A stretch of DNA of 64,000 nucleotides, from contig MU004238.1 of the NCBI GenBank assembly GCA_010405405.1, positions 383,530-447,529 on the forward strand, read 5' to 3'. Positions within the stretch are counted from its first letter, which is position 1; every line of letters starts with the position of its first letter. Source of the DNA: Microthyrium microscopicum. Lineage: Eukaryota. This document shows, one piece after another, positions 13,671-26,812 of this stretch. The notes below the pieces were generated by a model. It was not told the origin of the DNA. It ran no database searches and saw only the letters and a list, made by a program, of their open reading frames with translations. The position numbers and the translations under genes are program-made.

Positions 13671-14106
13671 ATAGCTTTTATTATAGCCTATCTAGGTATA
13701 GCTATTATAGAGAAGGTACTTATATTAGCGACTATAATAGCTTTAGTTACGGCCTATTTAAGTATAGCTATTATAAAGAAGATACTTACATTAGTAACTA
13801 TAATAGCTTTAGTTATAGCTTATCTAAGTATAGCTATTATAGAGAAGGTACTTATACTAGTAACTATAATAGCTTTAGTTATAGCCTATTTAGGTGTAGC
13901 TATTATAGAGAAGATACTTATACTAGTGACTATAATAGCTTTAATTGTAGCCTATCTAGGTATAGCTATTATAAAGAAGATACTTATACTAGTAACTATA
14001 ACAACTTTAATTATAGCCTATTTAAGTATAGCTATTATAGAGAAGGTGCTTATACTAACAACTATAATAGCTTTAATTATAGCCTATCTAAGTATAGCTA
14101 TTATAA
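13671..14106. repeat. 66-bp tandem array (~6.5 copies), probably a former coding repeat
   Basis: Units at 13681, 13747, 13813, 13879, 13945, 14011 and 14077, differing mainly by transitions. Confidence 0.92.
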
Positions 14107-15309
14107 ATAAGAAAGAAGCTACTAAAAGTATTAATTAGTTAATTATATTAGTATTAGGTAACTACTAAATTAGCTTAATATATTTATTACGTTTAGTAGC
14201 TATAATTATTCTTAAAGCTTATATTATAGAACTAGATATTAATTTAGTCTTTTATAATACTTAGGGTATAATCTCCTTCTCTTTCTCTTTTTTCTATTAA
14301 TTTAGTAGACTTATTCCTATATCTAACTTATAAGGAAGTATAAAATAAAGTAGTTAGTATTAAGTACTTACTACTATATACCTTATTTAGCTTTAGATAA
14401 GAAGATATATAAGTATAACTATTAGCTATTTATTATAGAAGAGTTATTATAAAATAATTAAAATTAGAAGTAAGCCTTTAACCTTTTATTATAGTATTAA
14501 AAGTAGACGTAATAGATAAATATTTTTTTTAGGCTTATAGTAATAAGTAAGATCTTATAAACTTAGTTAATAAAACTAGCGTCTTAAATATAAAAGTCTA
14601 CGTTAATATTAATATTAACTTAACTTTCTTATATTATTCTTTTATATTATTAATATAGCTTAGCGTATATAGTATTAATCTTCCTTACTTAGAATAGCGT
14701 TATAAGTATTACTTTAGGTTAGCGTAGTAAATAAATAGAGTAATAGAAAGTTAGGCTTTAATTAGTATATTCTAGTATAGTTTTATAGTATATATTTAAC
14801 TACTTAGAATAATAGTTAAATAGTATTATATTTAAGGTAAGCTATTAGATAAATAAGTAGAGTAGTAATAAGGTAAGTAATAGTAGTATATTATAGTATA
14901 GGTTAGTAATTAAGATATATAAGTTAAACTAAATCTCTATACTAAAGTATATATATATTATATAAGATTATATTATTTAAGAAATATATAAATAAAACAT
15001 AATTCTAAATAGTAGTAGTATATAAACTAATATAAGTAAACTTTAAATAATAATTAGCTATAGTATAGGTAAGAATATAATAAAATAAGTAAATATACTT
15101 ATAATATACCTATATATAGTTAGTTATTCTATTAGTTTATAGCTTTAAAAAATACTCTATTTTAAATATCTACTAAATATATAGTAGTTAAGGTATAAAT
15201 TATATTAACTTAATCTAACTTACGTTTTCTTTACTCTCTATCGTTAAACTATTAAACTTATCTTATAGATATATTCTTTACTTATTATATTAAGACCTAT
15301 CTACTTAAT

Positions 15310-15462
15310 NNNNNNNNNNNNNNNNNNNNNNNNNNNNNNNNNNNNNNNNNNNNNNNNNNNNNNNNNNNNNNNNNNNNNNNNNNNNNNNNNNNNNNNNNNN
15401 NNNNNNNNNNNNNNNNNNNNNNNNNNNNNNNNNNNNNNNNNNNNNNNNNNNNNNNNNNNNNN
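15310..15462. other. Assembly gap (153 N)
   Basis: Run of N; tacttaat flanks both sides. Confidence 0.99.
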
Positions 15463-15963
15463 TACTTAATATATAATTAGGTATATAAACTAGTAATAGC
15501 TTACTAAGTTACTTATAACTCTTTATTTTATTAATAGATAATATATAGCTATCCTAATATAAGTAGAAAGGCCTTACTTAGAATATATAGCGTCTTTAAA
15601 CTACGTTTTATACCTACTTATTATAGGCTAATAATTCCTTAAGCAGAATTTATAAAGAGCTAATAATTAAACTTTAAGTATTTATAATCTTAGTAGATAA
15701 CGTTTAATATAGGCTAACTTTAAAAAGATTAATTATAAAGCATTTAGCTATATTTAAGCAAGGTAAGATACGTATAAGTAAGATAGAATAGAGTAGATAT
15801 ATTTATATTATTATAATCTAACTATAATCTTTAATATTCTATAGCAAAATCTCTAAGTTACTTAACTCTCTATATTCTAAACTTTACTAACTATTAATAT
15901 TTACTACTATTTACTACCTTAAGCTTAATTCCTATAACCTTATATAGTTAACTTACCTAAAAT

Positions 15964-16138
15964 TCTACTATTAGTCGTAATAAGCTTATTAAGCTTTAGG
16001 ATAGTAAAAGAATACTAATTAAAATACTTATTAACTATAATAACTAGATTTACGTACTAGTATTTTATTCTAGTAGTAAATATCTCCTTTTATACTCTAA
16101 AGATAAGACTATTTATTGCTAGGATATTTTATAAGAAG
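15964..16138 (+). pseudogene. nudF: RIP-degraded fragment of a LIS1/NudF/Pac1 WD40 gene
   Basis: Reads STISRNKLIKL*DSKRILIKILINYNN*IYVLVFYSSSKYLLLYSKDKTIYC*DIL*EG. Undoing transitions gives [54 protein letters not shown], which matches the last WD repeats of fungal NudF as I recall them. Followed by a gtacgt donor site. Confidence 0.8.
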
Positions 16139-18499
16139 GTACGTTATTCCTATAGCCTATTAAAAATAGTCTATATAGATAAATATAATACTAATAGATA
16201 AGACTTAAGAGTAATAGGCGTAAGCTAAAATAATTTTAGCCTTATTCTAAGTAGATATCTACTTACTAACTTAATATTAATTAATATATTTTACTAATTA
16301 TATAATTACTTCATTCTAACCTTAGAACCTTATTAGAAAAGGCGTAACTCTAATTAATAAATATAAGAATTTTACTTTTATAATTCTAATTAAGTAGAAG
16401 GCCTTAAACTTATAAGCCTCTAATATAAGTAGCTACTTAGGTTTTATATAGCTTAAAAGTTATTTAATAAAGCTATCTAAAGATACTATAACGTTTAAAT
16501 ACTAAATATAGTAATAATATTTAATTAATGTACGTTAATATCTATAGAAACTTTATAGTACTATATATTTATAAACTCTACTATATTTAGAATCTAATAA
16601 TTATATTATAAAGTATTTATAGTCTAATAAATATTTATTAGCTACGCGTAGTAAATATTTACTATTATTCTAAAGATTATTTAGTTATAAACTTTAAAGT
16701 TAACGTTACTAATAGTAACCTAATAATCTAAGTTAATATTAGTATTTTTTACTAAAGACCTTTCTACTTCTTAAGAACTATATAATTTAACTCTTTCGCT
16801 CCTTAAAAACTATATAGTCTAGCCTTTTCGCTCCTTAAGAACTATAATAATCTAGTTTAATTATAGAGTTTATATACTATAGTTTAGCGGTAAGAGTATA
16901 TACCTTAATTAAGCCTTTATAAAGTACTTAAAGGATTATAATATTTATATTTTAATACTTATTATAAGTACTTATAAAATATAAACTTATCTTATTCTAC
17001 CTATTTCTTAGCCTTATATTATTCTAGGCTATCTTATTTATTAGTAATAATATATATTCTTTTAGCCTAGATATTTATACTTACTATTATTACTAAATAG
17101 TAGAACTAATTATTACTAGCTAGGCGTAGCTAAAATATTATTATATAGATATAATATAGTAGATTACTCTTTAGCGTTAAATTATATACTATATATACTT
17201 ACGCTAATTTAATTATTACTTACTATTACGTTAAGAGTAATAATACTTACTATAATCTTATACTTTTACTATTAAGTTACCTTCTTAGTTTCTCTATTAA
17301 TTAAACTAATAACTATTCTCTAATAATTTAGCGTTCCTATTCTTTTATTTAATAGTATAGTCTAAATATATATAGCAGAGGCTAATATATGCGTATATTA
17401 GTAAGTATAATAGTAAAAGTAGTTTCTATTTAATATAGCTTGTTAAAAGTTAATACTAAAGCTAAAAAAGGATATAAGCTATTTGTTGCTATTCTCTAAA
17501 TACCTTTAAAGAATAAAGTAAATAGCGTTCTAATATTAGTAAAGCTATAGTTAATAAGAATATAGATTTTAGTAGTAAGATAAATAGATAAACTAAAGAT
17601 AACGTAATATAGTAGCTTAGTATACTAAAATAACTATTAAATTAGAAAAATAAGATAGAAGATAATATAGTAGATTAAGTTAATAGATTAGATTATTAGC
17701 TTATAAGTTTGTATTATTTTAATTATAAGAGTATAGTAATAATAGCTAGTCCTAAAATTGATATCCTTTAGGATTCTTAATATTATCTAACTATTCCTAG
17801 ATATTCTATATTCTACTAAATATATTCTTTTAATACCTAACTAGTTACAAAGTCTAATAAAATACTAAACTACTTATTTTAGGCTAGTATATTCTATAGT
17901 TCTATAAGGCATATATTAGCTATATAAATATTATATATTTTTTAACTTTACTTATTTATAACTAACTATTTACTAATATTAATGTTTATATTATAGCGTA
18001 TATAATAAATAATAAGATAATAAGAATGATATTATTAATATACCTAATATAATTAATTTAAATAACTATAATATATTATTATATACTTATAATACTTATA
18101 ACGTACGCCTTATAGAATACCTATAGCTTTTAAAGTAACTCTTACTTGCTTCTTATAGAATCTAATTAAATAATATAATTATAAAGATATTAGAGAATAC
18201 TAGATATACTTATAATCTTTATAATATATACCTTATAAGATACTTATAGCTTTTAAAGTAACTCCTACTTACTTCTTATAAGACCTAATTAAATAATATA
18301 ATTATAAAAGAAGTGCAAGATACTAAACGCTTAAGTAGTTACTATTATTATAAGAAGTATATATTAATACGCTATTCTATACTAACTATCTATTCTAAAT
18401 TACTACTTCCTAAATCTTTATTTTTTAACTAGTCTATAAACTAGATAATTTACTTAAAGTCTTATACTTTATAACTTTACTTTTAAATTTATAATAATT

Positions 18500-18952
18500 A
18501 TCTCTAAAGGTATAATCCTTAAGAAATATAATATAATAGGTATAATAACTTTTAAAATTCTTCTACGTATCCTTTACTTTCTATATAAATTACTAATATT
18601 TCTATCTACGCTTAATATATACTAAATATATAGTAGTATTTAGTACGTATTTACTAAAAGTTATCTTTATTATATAGCTAATATTATTATATAGTTTTTT
18701 TTTTAAGACGTTAAAATGTTTTACTTCTTAGTAGTCTAAGACTACTATTTATTAAGCGTAGTAGAACGCTTTATATCTAGACTTAGCTTTATTACTATAA
18801 AACGTAGCTAGCTAAGGTTAATTCTAACTATTAAGCTAGAGTTAAATTTTTATATAAGTACGTTATACTTAGTCTTAGTAAGGATAAGAGCGAAAAAAGA
18901 AAAAGGGTTAGGATTAATAAGAGTCTTATTATTTTCTTCGTCTTTATTATTA

Positions 18953-18983
<31 letters not shown>

Positions 18984-20400
18984 CGTCTATTAGCTTATTA
19001 TTACTAAAATTAAAGAGCAAATTTAAAGAAAGAGATAGTTTAGGTAAGCTAAATATAAGAGAATTTAGAATAAAAAGGAGACTCTCTTCTTACTTAATAA
19101 GCATAGCTAAATAAGCTTAGTAAGTAGCCTAGTAAGTATTAAACTTAACTTACTAACTATAATTATTACTACTAATATCTATAAGTAATATACTAGAACT
19201 TATAAATTATTAAAGTTATAACGCTTTATAATATAATTAGAAATTCTACCTTCTAAATAAGTATATTTACCTTTTTAGTATAGTACGCTATAAGGAATTA
19301 ACTTTACTATCTTAATAAGCTAGAATAGCAAAAGACTATTAAATAGTTAATAAGTAAAGATAATATACGTATTAAGTATAAGATAGTATTAAGAGTATAT
19401 TTTTCTTTTAAGAGTAATAAAAGACGTAAGTATATAAAATTATAAAGTTAAGAAGTTAAAGTTTAAAAGCTAAGGAATATAAAGGCTTTAAAAAAACTAT
19501 AATATAGTAGTCTTACTATTTTAAATACTTAGTCTAACTAAGAGTATTAGCTATTAAATAGTTATAATTACTTAATTTAGTAATACCTAGTTAGCTTATT
19601 ATATCCTTATAAAGCTCTTATTTAATAAAAGAGATAGGATAAAATTAGTTAATATATAAGGAATATTAATAGCCTAAAAGTCGTATTAAAAGGATATAAT
19701 AAAGACTTAAGACTATACTCTCTTAAAAGTAGTCTAATTAAGTATAAAAAGAATTACTTAAAAGAAAACCTAAAGATATATAAAGATAAAAAAGAGAAGA
19801 AGATATATTTAGTATAGTAAGGAATATACTATTTAGATAGTAAATATAATAAGTAGTACTTTATAAAGTTTTTACTACTATCTAATTAAGATAATAAGAT
19901 TATAATATTAGTAGCCTTAATTAATTATAAAGGGTTATAAATAGTTAAATATATAGTAGAAGTTACTATATAGTTTATACTTATTATATATATACTATTT
20001 AGTTATAAAATATAACTAAAATAGTAATAAGCGAAGGATATATTATATTTAGTAGAAAGATCTATTAAGTATATTCTACTAGCATATTAATTACTTAAAA
20101 GGGAATACCTAGGCTTACTATATTATTTTTACTTAATCTAGCCTTTATTTAAACTAGTAAAATAGACATATTATATAGTATTTTATTTATTAATACGTTA
20201 TAAAACGCTAATATAGATTTATATAGTATTATTTCTTAAACTAAATACTATACTAAAATTATAATCTCTATAACTTTAAATAACTACTAGCTTAAAGACT
20301 AACTCTCTACGCTAATAATATATATTATTCCTATATAACTTAATAGTTTTAATCTAAATAGATATACTGCCTTTAAAGAGAGTTTAGTAAAACTCCTCTC
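18500..20400 (-). pseudogene. RIP-degraded gene, possibly tyrosine-recombinase-like
   Basis: Minus strand shows an acidic poly-D tract (~18935-18990), then NLS*LRFIVI (~18790-18820) and NISYIIKITFSKYV (18644-18685), which could derive from LR...GH...Y. Tentative; boundaries approximate. Confidence 0.3.
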
Positions 20401-21269
20401 TATCTTTATAACAAAAATTTAGTAAAGTAGTAATAATATTAAGAAAATATATATAGAAAAGATTCTTAATAAAGAACTATTATAATATAATAAGTTACTA
20501 ATAGTAAAGGGTAATAGGCTACTTAACTATCTATATTATATTCCTTCTAATATTTCCTAGTAAGTATTAAGATAACTAAGTTTATTACCTACTTTAAGCT
20601 AACGCTAGAGTATAAACTAGCTTTATAAAACTATAATTACTCTATTCTACTAAATTAATAGTATAAAGTTTTATAAAAGTTTATTAATATTATAATAATT
20701 TATAAGAAAGTCTTTATTAAAGAGTAAAGCGTATTACTAGAGAATAAAATAGATAATAAAGATACCTACTACTAGTACTTTCTAATATATAATAGTATTA
20801 ATATGCTTAATAATATTAACGCACCTAATAGTTAATCTACTAAAGTTTAATATAGATTTAATACTACTAATAATATTAACTCTATACTCTAAACTATATT
20901 ATTCTTTAAGTAGTACCTTAACTATAACTATATCTCTTAATATAGCTTAATTACTATTTTTATAACTAAGAATAATTAATAATCTCTTAAAGGCTAATAT
21001 ACGAACTATGTTTTTTAAGTAGTTAAATAGCAAAATACTAAATATTCCTTAATACTAATTTCTAGTAAACCTACTTAACTTTACGTTTTTACTTATAATA
21101 TTAAAAAGTAAAGTACTTAAGCTACTAATAATTAGCTATATTAGCTTTGCGTATAAGGGATTAAAGTATAAGCCTTAGCTAAATAGAGTCTACTTATTAT
21201 TAGATTTTCTAATATCTAGTTCCTATTATAGTATCTAGTTTCTATTACTTAATAAAACTAGTAAATAGG

Positions 21270-21482
21270 TAATACTAAGTAACGTAAAGAAGCTAAGTAC
21301 TATAGTAATACTAAGTAACGTAGAGAGGCTAAGCGCTATAATAATACTAAGTAATATAGAGAGATAAAGCGCTATAGTAATACTAAGTAACATAAAAAAG
21401 CTTAGCATTATAGCAATACTAAGTAACATAAAGAAGCTTAGCGCTATTATAATACTAAGTAACGTAAAGAAGTTAAGCGCTA
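21270..21482. repeat. 36-bp tandem array, 6 copies
   Basis: taatactaagtaacgtaragargctaagcgctatar at 21270, 21306, 21342, 21378, 21414 and 21450. Confidence 0.92.
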
Positions 21483-24400
21483 AAATAGCTTTTTTACCTA
21501 GAAATATATATACTATATTTAAATAAATCTAAGTTAGGATACTATCTAGGTTTTACTAATACTTATAGTAATATCCTATTATATCTTAGGAATACTTTAA
21601 TATACTTACTAATCTTATATAAACTAGTAAATTTGTCTTTATTATTATACTTATAAAGAGCCTCCTCTATAACGTATATTATAATATATAGGCTTTATAA
21701 TAGGGCTTAATACTTAGATATCTATTTACTAAAGATACTATAATAATAATAAATAGGCAAAGTAGTTATAATAGACTAATAAATATAATATGCTATAAAT
21801 ATATATAAAATAATATAATGCTTATAATAAATAAGAATCCTAAATACTAATATCTATAGACTTTTAGACTAAAAATATAAAATATAATACTTACGTAACT
21901 ATACTTATTTACTCTTTAGAATCTTATATAATTCTATATAGTTCCTTATAATACCTAAACGAATAAAATAATTAGAAAACTAAATATTTAGAATTATATA
22001 CTAAGTCTAGCCTATTTTAATATTAGACGCAATATTTTTTTACTTATCTTTAATTCTCTTCTTATTAATTAAAGAGAATACTTTTTTATACTCTTTCTTA
22101 TAGTCCTCCTAATAGTAGTAGTTAAACTATTCCTTTCTAGAGTTATAGGTAAAGACTATCTTATACTAGCCTTAATTTAGTAATAACGTAGTATTAACTA
22201 GCTTAATAGGTTTTAGCTTAGTAAATAACTCTTTTATTAAATATAAGTTAAGTAATAAGTATAAGAAGTAGCAACTAAAGTAATACTATCTTTATCTAAT
22301 ATAGGTATTAACTAATTAAATAAATTACTATCTATATCTCTTTTATTATCTTTAAAATTAGTATTTATAAATCCCTTATATTTATCTAGAATATTACTAT
22401 TATCTAAATCTATAATATTCTACTAATACTTAATAAACGATAAGGTTAAAATATTTATTAACGTAAAACCTCTAAATAAACTAATAAGAGTAGATATATA
22501 TTTAATTAGCTAACTTATAAATAAATAAATTCTTTTATTTTCCTCTTATACTCTACAAGCCCTTTCTTATATTAACTTATTATTTATTAATTTCTTAAGA
22601 ACCTAGCGCTAAAGATTACTAGTTTAAGATAATATAGGTAGCTATAACTAAGACTCTAACTATAATGCTATAATTTATATTTTCTTTAAGAGCTTTACTT
22701 CTTTAGCTATAAAGCATACTAAATAATTAACCTTATAAGCATTCTTATATAACTACTTAATAATAGTTTCTAATTTTTAAAGAATAAATAATAGCTTTTC
22801 TTTTAACATAATAGTATTAGTCTAATTAACTAAATTAAGAATACGTATATATAATTTATTCTAAGTAGAATATTAAGTATTAGAAAGAAATTTAGTAGCA
22901 TAGAAATAGGCTAGCTACCTAATTAAATTATTATCTAGTAACTAGTCCTTACCTTAAGGATATTTACTCTTATAATTATTCTCTATATATATAGCCTCTT
23001 CTATTATTAAGGACTAGACTTATAACTACGTTCTTATAATAACCTTACGACTATTCTTATTTAAAGCCTACTTATATAATAGAAATACTAACTAAACTAA
23101 TTTATAAAACTTATTTAGATAATATTTATTATAATACCTTAAAATTAGTATAGAATTATAATCTATTATCTAAGGTAAGAATTTACCTAGCTTATAGAGA
23201 ATAGCTTCTTAAAAATAGTCTAAATAATTTATAATAATAAACTATTTATATAGGACTCTACTATAGGTTTTAACCTTAGCTCTAAACTAGAATAAAGGAA
23301 TTAAACTAGGTATGCTATCTAGTAGTATATTAACTTCTTACGTATCTATAACTAATACTTAAGAAGTAATAGATATAATAGTAGATACCTATAAGGTAGT
23401 ACTAGCTTTACTTTTAATATTATTATTATTATTAAATAGCAATTTAAGCTATAAGGTACTTAGACTAGCCCTATTCTAAATATAAAGTTATTAACGTTAA
23501 AGTAGTATATAATTTTAAGTTTTATATAAAGAGGACATAATCTAAATAAATTAAATAGTTAGTAAACTTACCTAAATGCCTTTCTATAGATTAAGTTATT
23601 TTTGTCTAAATATATTAAATATTTAATATAAAAAAAATACTATAGTAGTATTAAATAACTTATGTCTACGCCTACTATAACCTATATACTACTATAAATC
23701 TATAAGACTATATAGTATTAAGAACCTCTAAATAATAATTAATATAATATTTAATATATTAATACTAAGTCCTAAGCTTATAATTATAATTATAATTTAA
23801 TAAAGTAAACCTAAAAGCTTAAACTCTTAATACTAAACTATCTTATTATAGCTAAAAATAGTAGAGATAATTTCTTAAATAAGGTTATAAATATAACGTA
23901 CGTTATCCTTATTAAAATAAGTATACTACTAATCCTTTAAAAAGTTTTTAGTTAAACTAACTAGAGTAGCCTAAAGGTATTTTAACGCTATATAAATTTT
24001 TAACCTACTATTAATATATATAATAGTTTTTTTAATTAACTTAGAGGTAGCCTTCCTAGCCTTAGAGTTAATTATAGTATCTAAGATCTAATAAAGTCTA
24101 TTAAAAGATACTAACCTTTACTTAAATATAGGCTTAAACTAGATTATAATATCCTAATAGTTAATAGAGGAGTATATAATAGTAATTTATTATTTATATA
24201 GTTCCTCTTCTTAGAATTCGCTATAATAAAGAATAAACTATTATATAGATAAACTTAAGATACTAGTATAACTAAACTATATAACGTCCTAATATAGTAT
24301 TATATAAAGCTTATAAATTATAGTAAACTAAGACCTAAAATCCTACTACTATTTAACTAGATAGTATTTATTAATAGTAATTATTCTAATTCTATTTTAG

Positions 24401-25245
24401 AAAATAGAATTGCCTAATATACTATAGAAAAGCCTACTAGATATAGTTTCTAATAAAATTAATATATAGGTATATTAACTAAATATAATATTAATAGTAA
24501 TATTCTTTAACTAAGTTATCGTCTTGCTATAAATAATAATAGGCTTAGACTTAGAGATAGCTAAGATACTATTAAATTATTTATTCCTTAATTAGTTTAT
24601 AGGAATTAGCTATAAGGTAATCTTTTCTATTAATATAGAAAAGTTATATAGTATTAAACTCTTACCTTATTTAGTATAAGTAATAAGTAAGATATTATAG
24701 CCTTTATATATTAGGAACCTTAAGGCCCTAATCTATCTAGGATAAGAGTTATAGCTAGTTAACTTCTATAAATATAACTATAATATATACTCTTATATTT
24801 TAGCTAATAGCTAGATTTAAATAAATTATATAAGGGCGTAAATAGTATTAACTAATTCTAGTTATAAAGTAATATATATAGCTTTAAGTAACCTTTTAGA
24901 TTTCTAAAGGAGATAAGGTTTAGGTAATTATAAAAGTAAGTAATTAGGCTAGTCTTATTATAATAATTATAAGTACTAAGATTATAGTAGTCTTAGTCTT
25001 AGTTTTAGTTTTATAAATTGCTAATAATTACCTTACTTATTCTTTATCTAGCCTATAATACTATAACGATAAGGTTAGTATTAATAATAAGATATATATT
25101 TATAACGATTAATATTTAATAATAATAATTACTAACTTATATATTATGCCTACTAATTAAAAAGAGCTACTATAAGCTACTAAGAGCAAATAAGGATTAT
25201 ACTAAGATACGTAAAGATGCTTATATAAGCTAGATATTTAAAGAA

Positions 25246-25306
25246 ACTAAAGATACTAAAGATACTAAAGATACTAAAGATACTAAAGATACTAAAGATA
25301 CTAAAG
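25246..25306. repeat. 9-bp tandem repeat (actaaagat)n
   Basis: About 7 near-perfect copies. Confidence 0.9.
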
Positions 25307-25726
25307 CTATAAAGAATACTAACGCTAAGTCTAAAAGATAAAGTAAGAATAATAAAGGCTATGTCTTTAAACTCGTAAGATTTCTTAGCTATAATAAAAC
25401 TACTATAGTAACCTCTTTAACTAAATAAAGTAATATTAAAACTAATAAAGATATTACTAATACTCTTATATAGTTACTTAGTATTAAAATACTAAAGCTA
25501 TCTAAATACTAGCATAATAAGAATACTAGAATACTAGAATGAATCCTTTGCTTAAGCTACTACTTTACTAAAGTTATTAAATTAATTTAAAAAGTAGGTA
25601 AGGGACTATAAGAGTTACGTAGAGATACTAATATAAGCTATATATACTATTAAAGGTATAAAAATAACTACTAAGAATACTAATAAAGTTATAAAAGTAA
25701 TAAAGAGTAAATATAAGCTATTTAGG

Positions 25727-25806
25727 AACTTATAGAGACTTATAGAGACTTATAGAGACTTATAAAGACTCGTAGGGACTTATAGGGACTTATAGAGACT
25801 TATAGA
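25727..25806. repeat. 10-bp tandem repeat (gacttataga)n near the right end of the AT block
   Basis: About 8 copies; the variant gactcgtagg preserves a less mutated unit. Confidence 0.9.
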
Positions 25807-26812
25807 AATACTTATATAAGCAGAATAGATTATAGTAAGTAGTCTTAGCAAAAAGAAGGCTTAGTCTAACTAAATATATAATTAACTAAAAGATAAATAA
25901 GAATCTATAACTATACTATTTTATAGTAAAAATAAACGTATAAGGTAATAGAGTAGCTAATTATAAATTACTATATAGTAATTTAAAGTAACTAAATTAT
26001 ATTATTATTATATAGTTAATAGCTAATAGAGAAGGATAAATATTAAGCAAGTTAGTATTTTTTTAAGTTATATAGGAATTATATTGCTAAAATAATTAGA
26101 AAAGGTAATAACTTAAAAATATATTTATTTAAAAGCGTAGTTAATGCTATATAACTTAAATTTAATAGATTTTTAAATTTACGTACCTATTTAGCTAGAG
26201 ACGTTATTATAGATAAATTAAGTAAAAATATTAAGTAGCTTATTAATAAATAGGAACAAGAGTCTCTTAGACTACGTAGCAAAAAGCTAAAGGAAGTAGA
26301 ACGAGCTCTAATTGGCTAGAATCTAACCCTACACGTTAGTAGACGCCACATTTTTGCTGCTAGTCTGACTAAGTGAGATAAATCAATCGCACTTTGCTTT
26401 GACGTCAAATGTGGTTGAACAGTTTCACGGTGAATGGTATTCTGAGTAGTCGATGAGAGCATTGGCCATTTGTTGTTGACGGTTGGTGATGGAGTTGACG
26501 TATCACTGGTCGTTAATATTCATTCCAATTGCTTCTTGATACTGTGCATTTGGCATGCTGCTGTGATCGATCTTCAATGTACCAGTTGCGTACATGCGAT
26601 GACTCTCTTATTGTTTACCGTGCCAGCACATGAAGTTGGATGCTTCCCTCAAAGTGGAAAGAACCTGGCATCTCGCATGGAACTAACTACCTAGTATCGT
26701 AGTTGGGGAAAGAGCGTACAGTGTCAACCCTCAATTACAAAAGCAGAAAGAGCAGTGGAAGGAAGGCATATCTCTTAGACTCTTCGTCAAGGACAATTAC
26801 CGCTAAACATCA

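Larger units (their letters stand above)
1..26375. mobile_element. AT-rich RIP-degraded repeat block, possibly the right part of one large composite DNA transposon; runs off the left edge of the window
   Basis: Strong TpA excess and CpA/TpG depletion; almost no ORFs in 26 kb; reading frames recoverable only by reversing C>T/G>A changes; abrupt return to normal composition near 26330-26375. Confidence 0.9.

Noticed and set aside
12332..14106. Regular repeats that superficially resemble a CRISPR array
   Set aside because: Contiguous tandem units without unique spacers, no cas genes, and eukaryotic context.
13926..14138. 70-aa hydrophobic ORF (and the similar 21235-21429 ORF)
   Set aside because: Artefacts of RIP-mutated tandem arrays; the Ile/Leu richness follows from the AT bias.
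15302..15470. tacttaat on both sides of the N gap as a possible TSD
   Set aside because: More simply a contig-end overlap or chance match in AT-rich DNA; not interpretable.
21600..25200. Further apparent former coding sequence in the RIP block
   Set aside because: No motif could be recognised with confidence after undoing transitions.
26324..26331. ctaaccct resembling a telomere repeat
   Set aside because: Only about one unit; no array.
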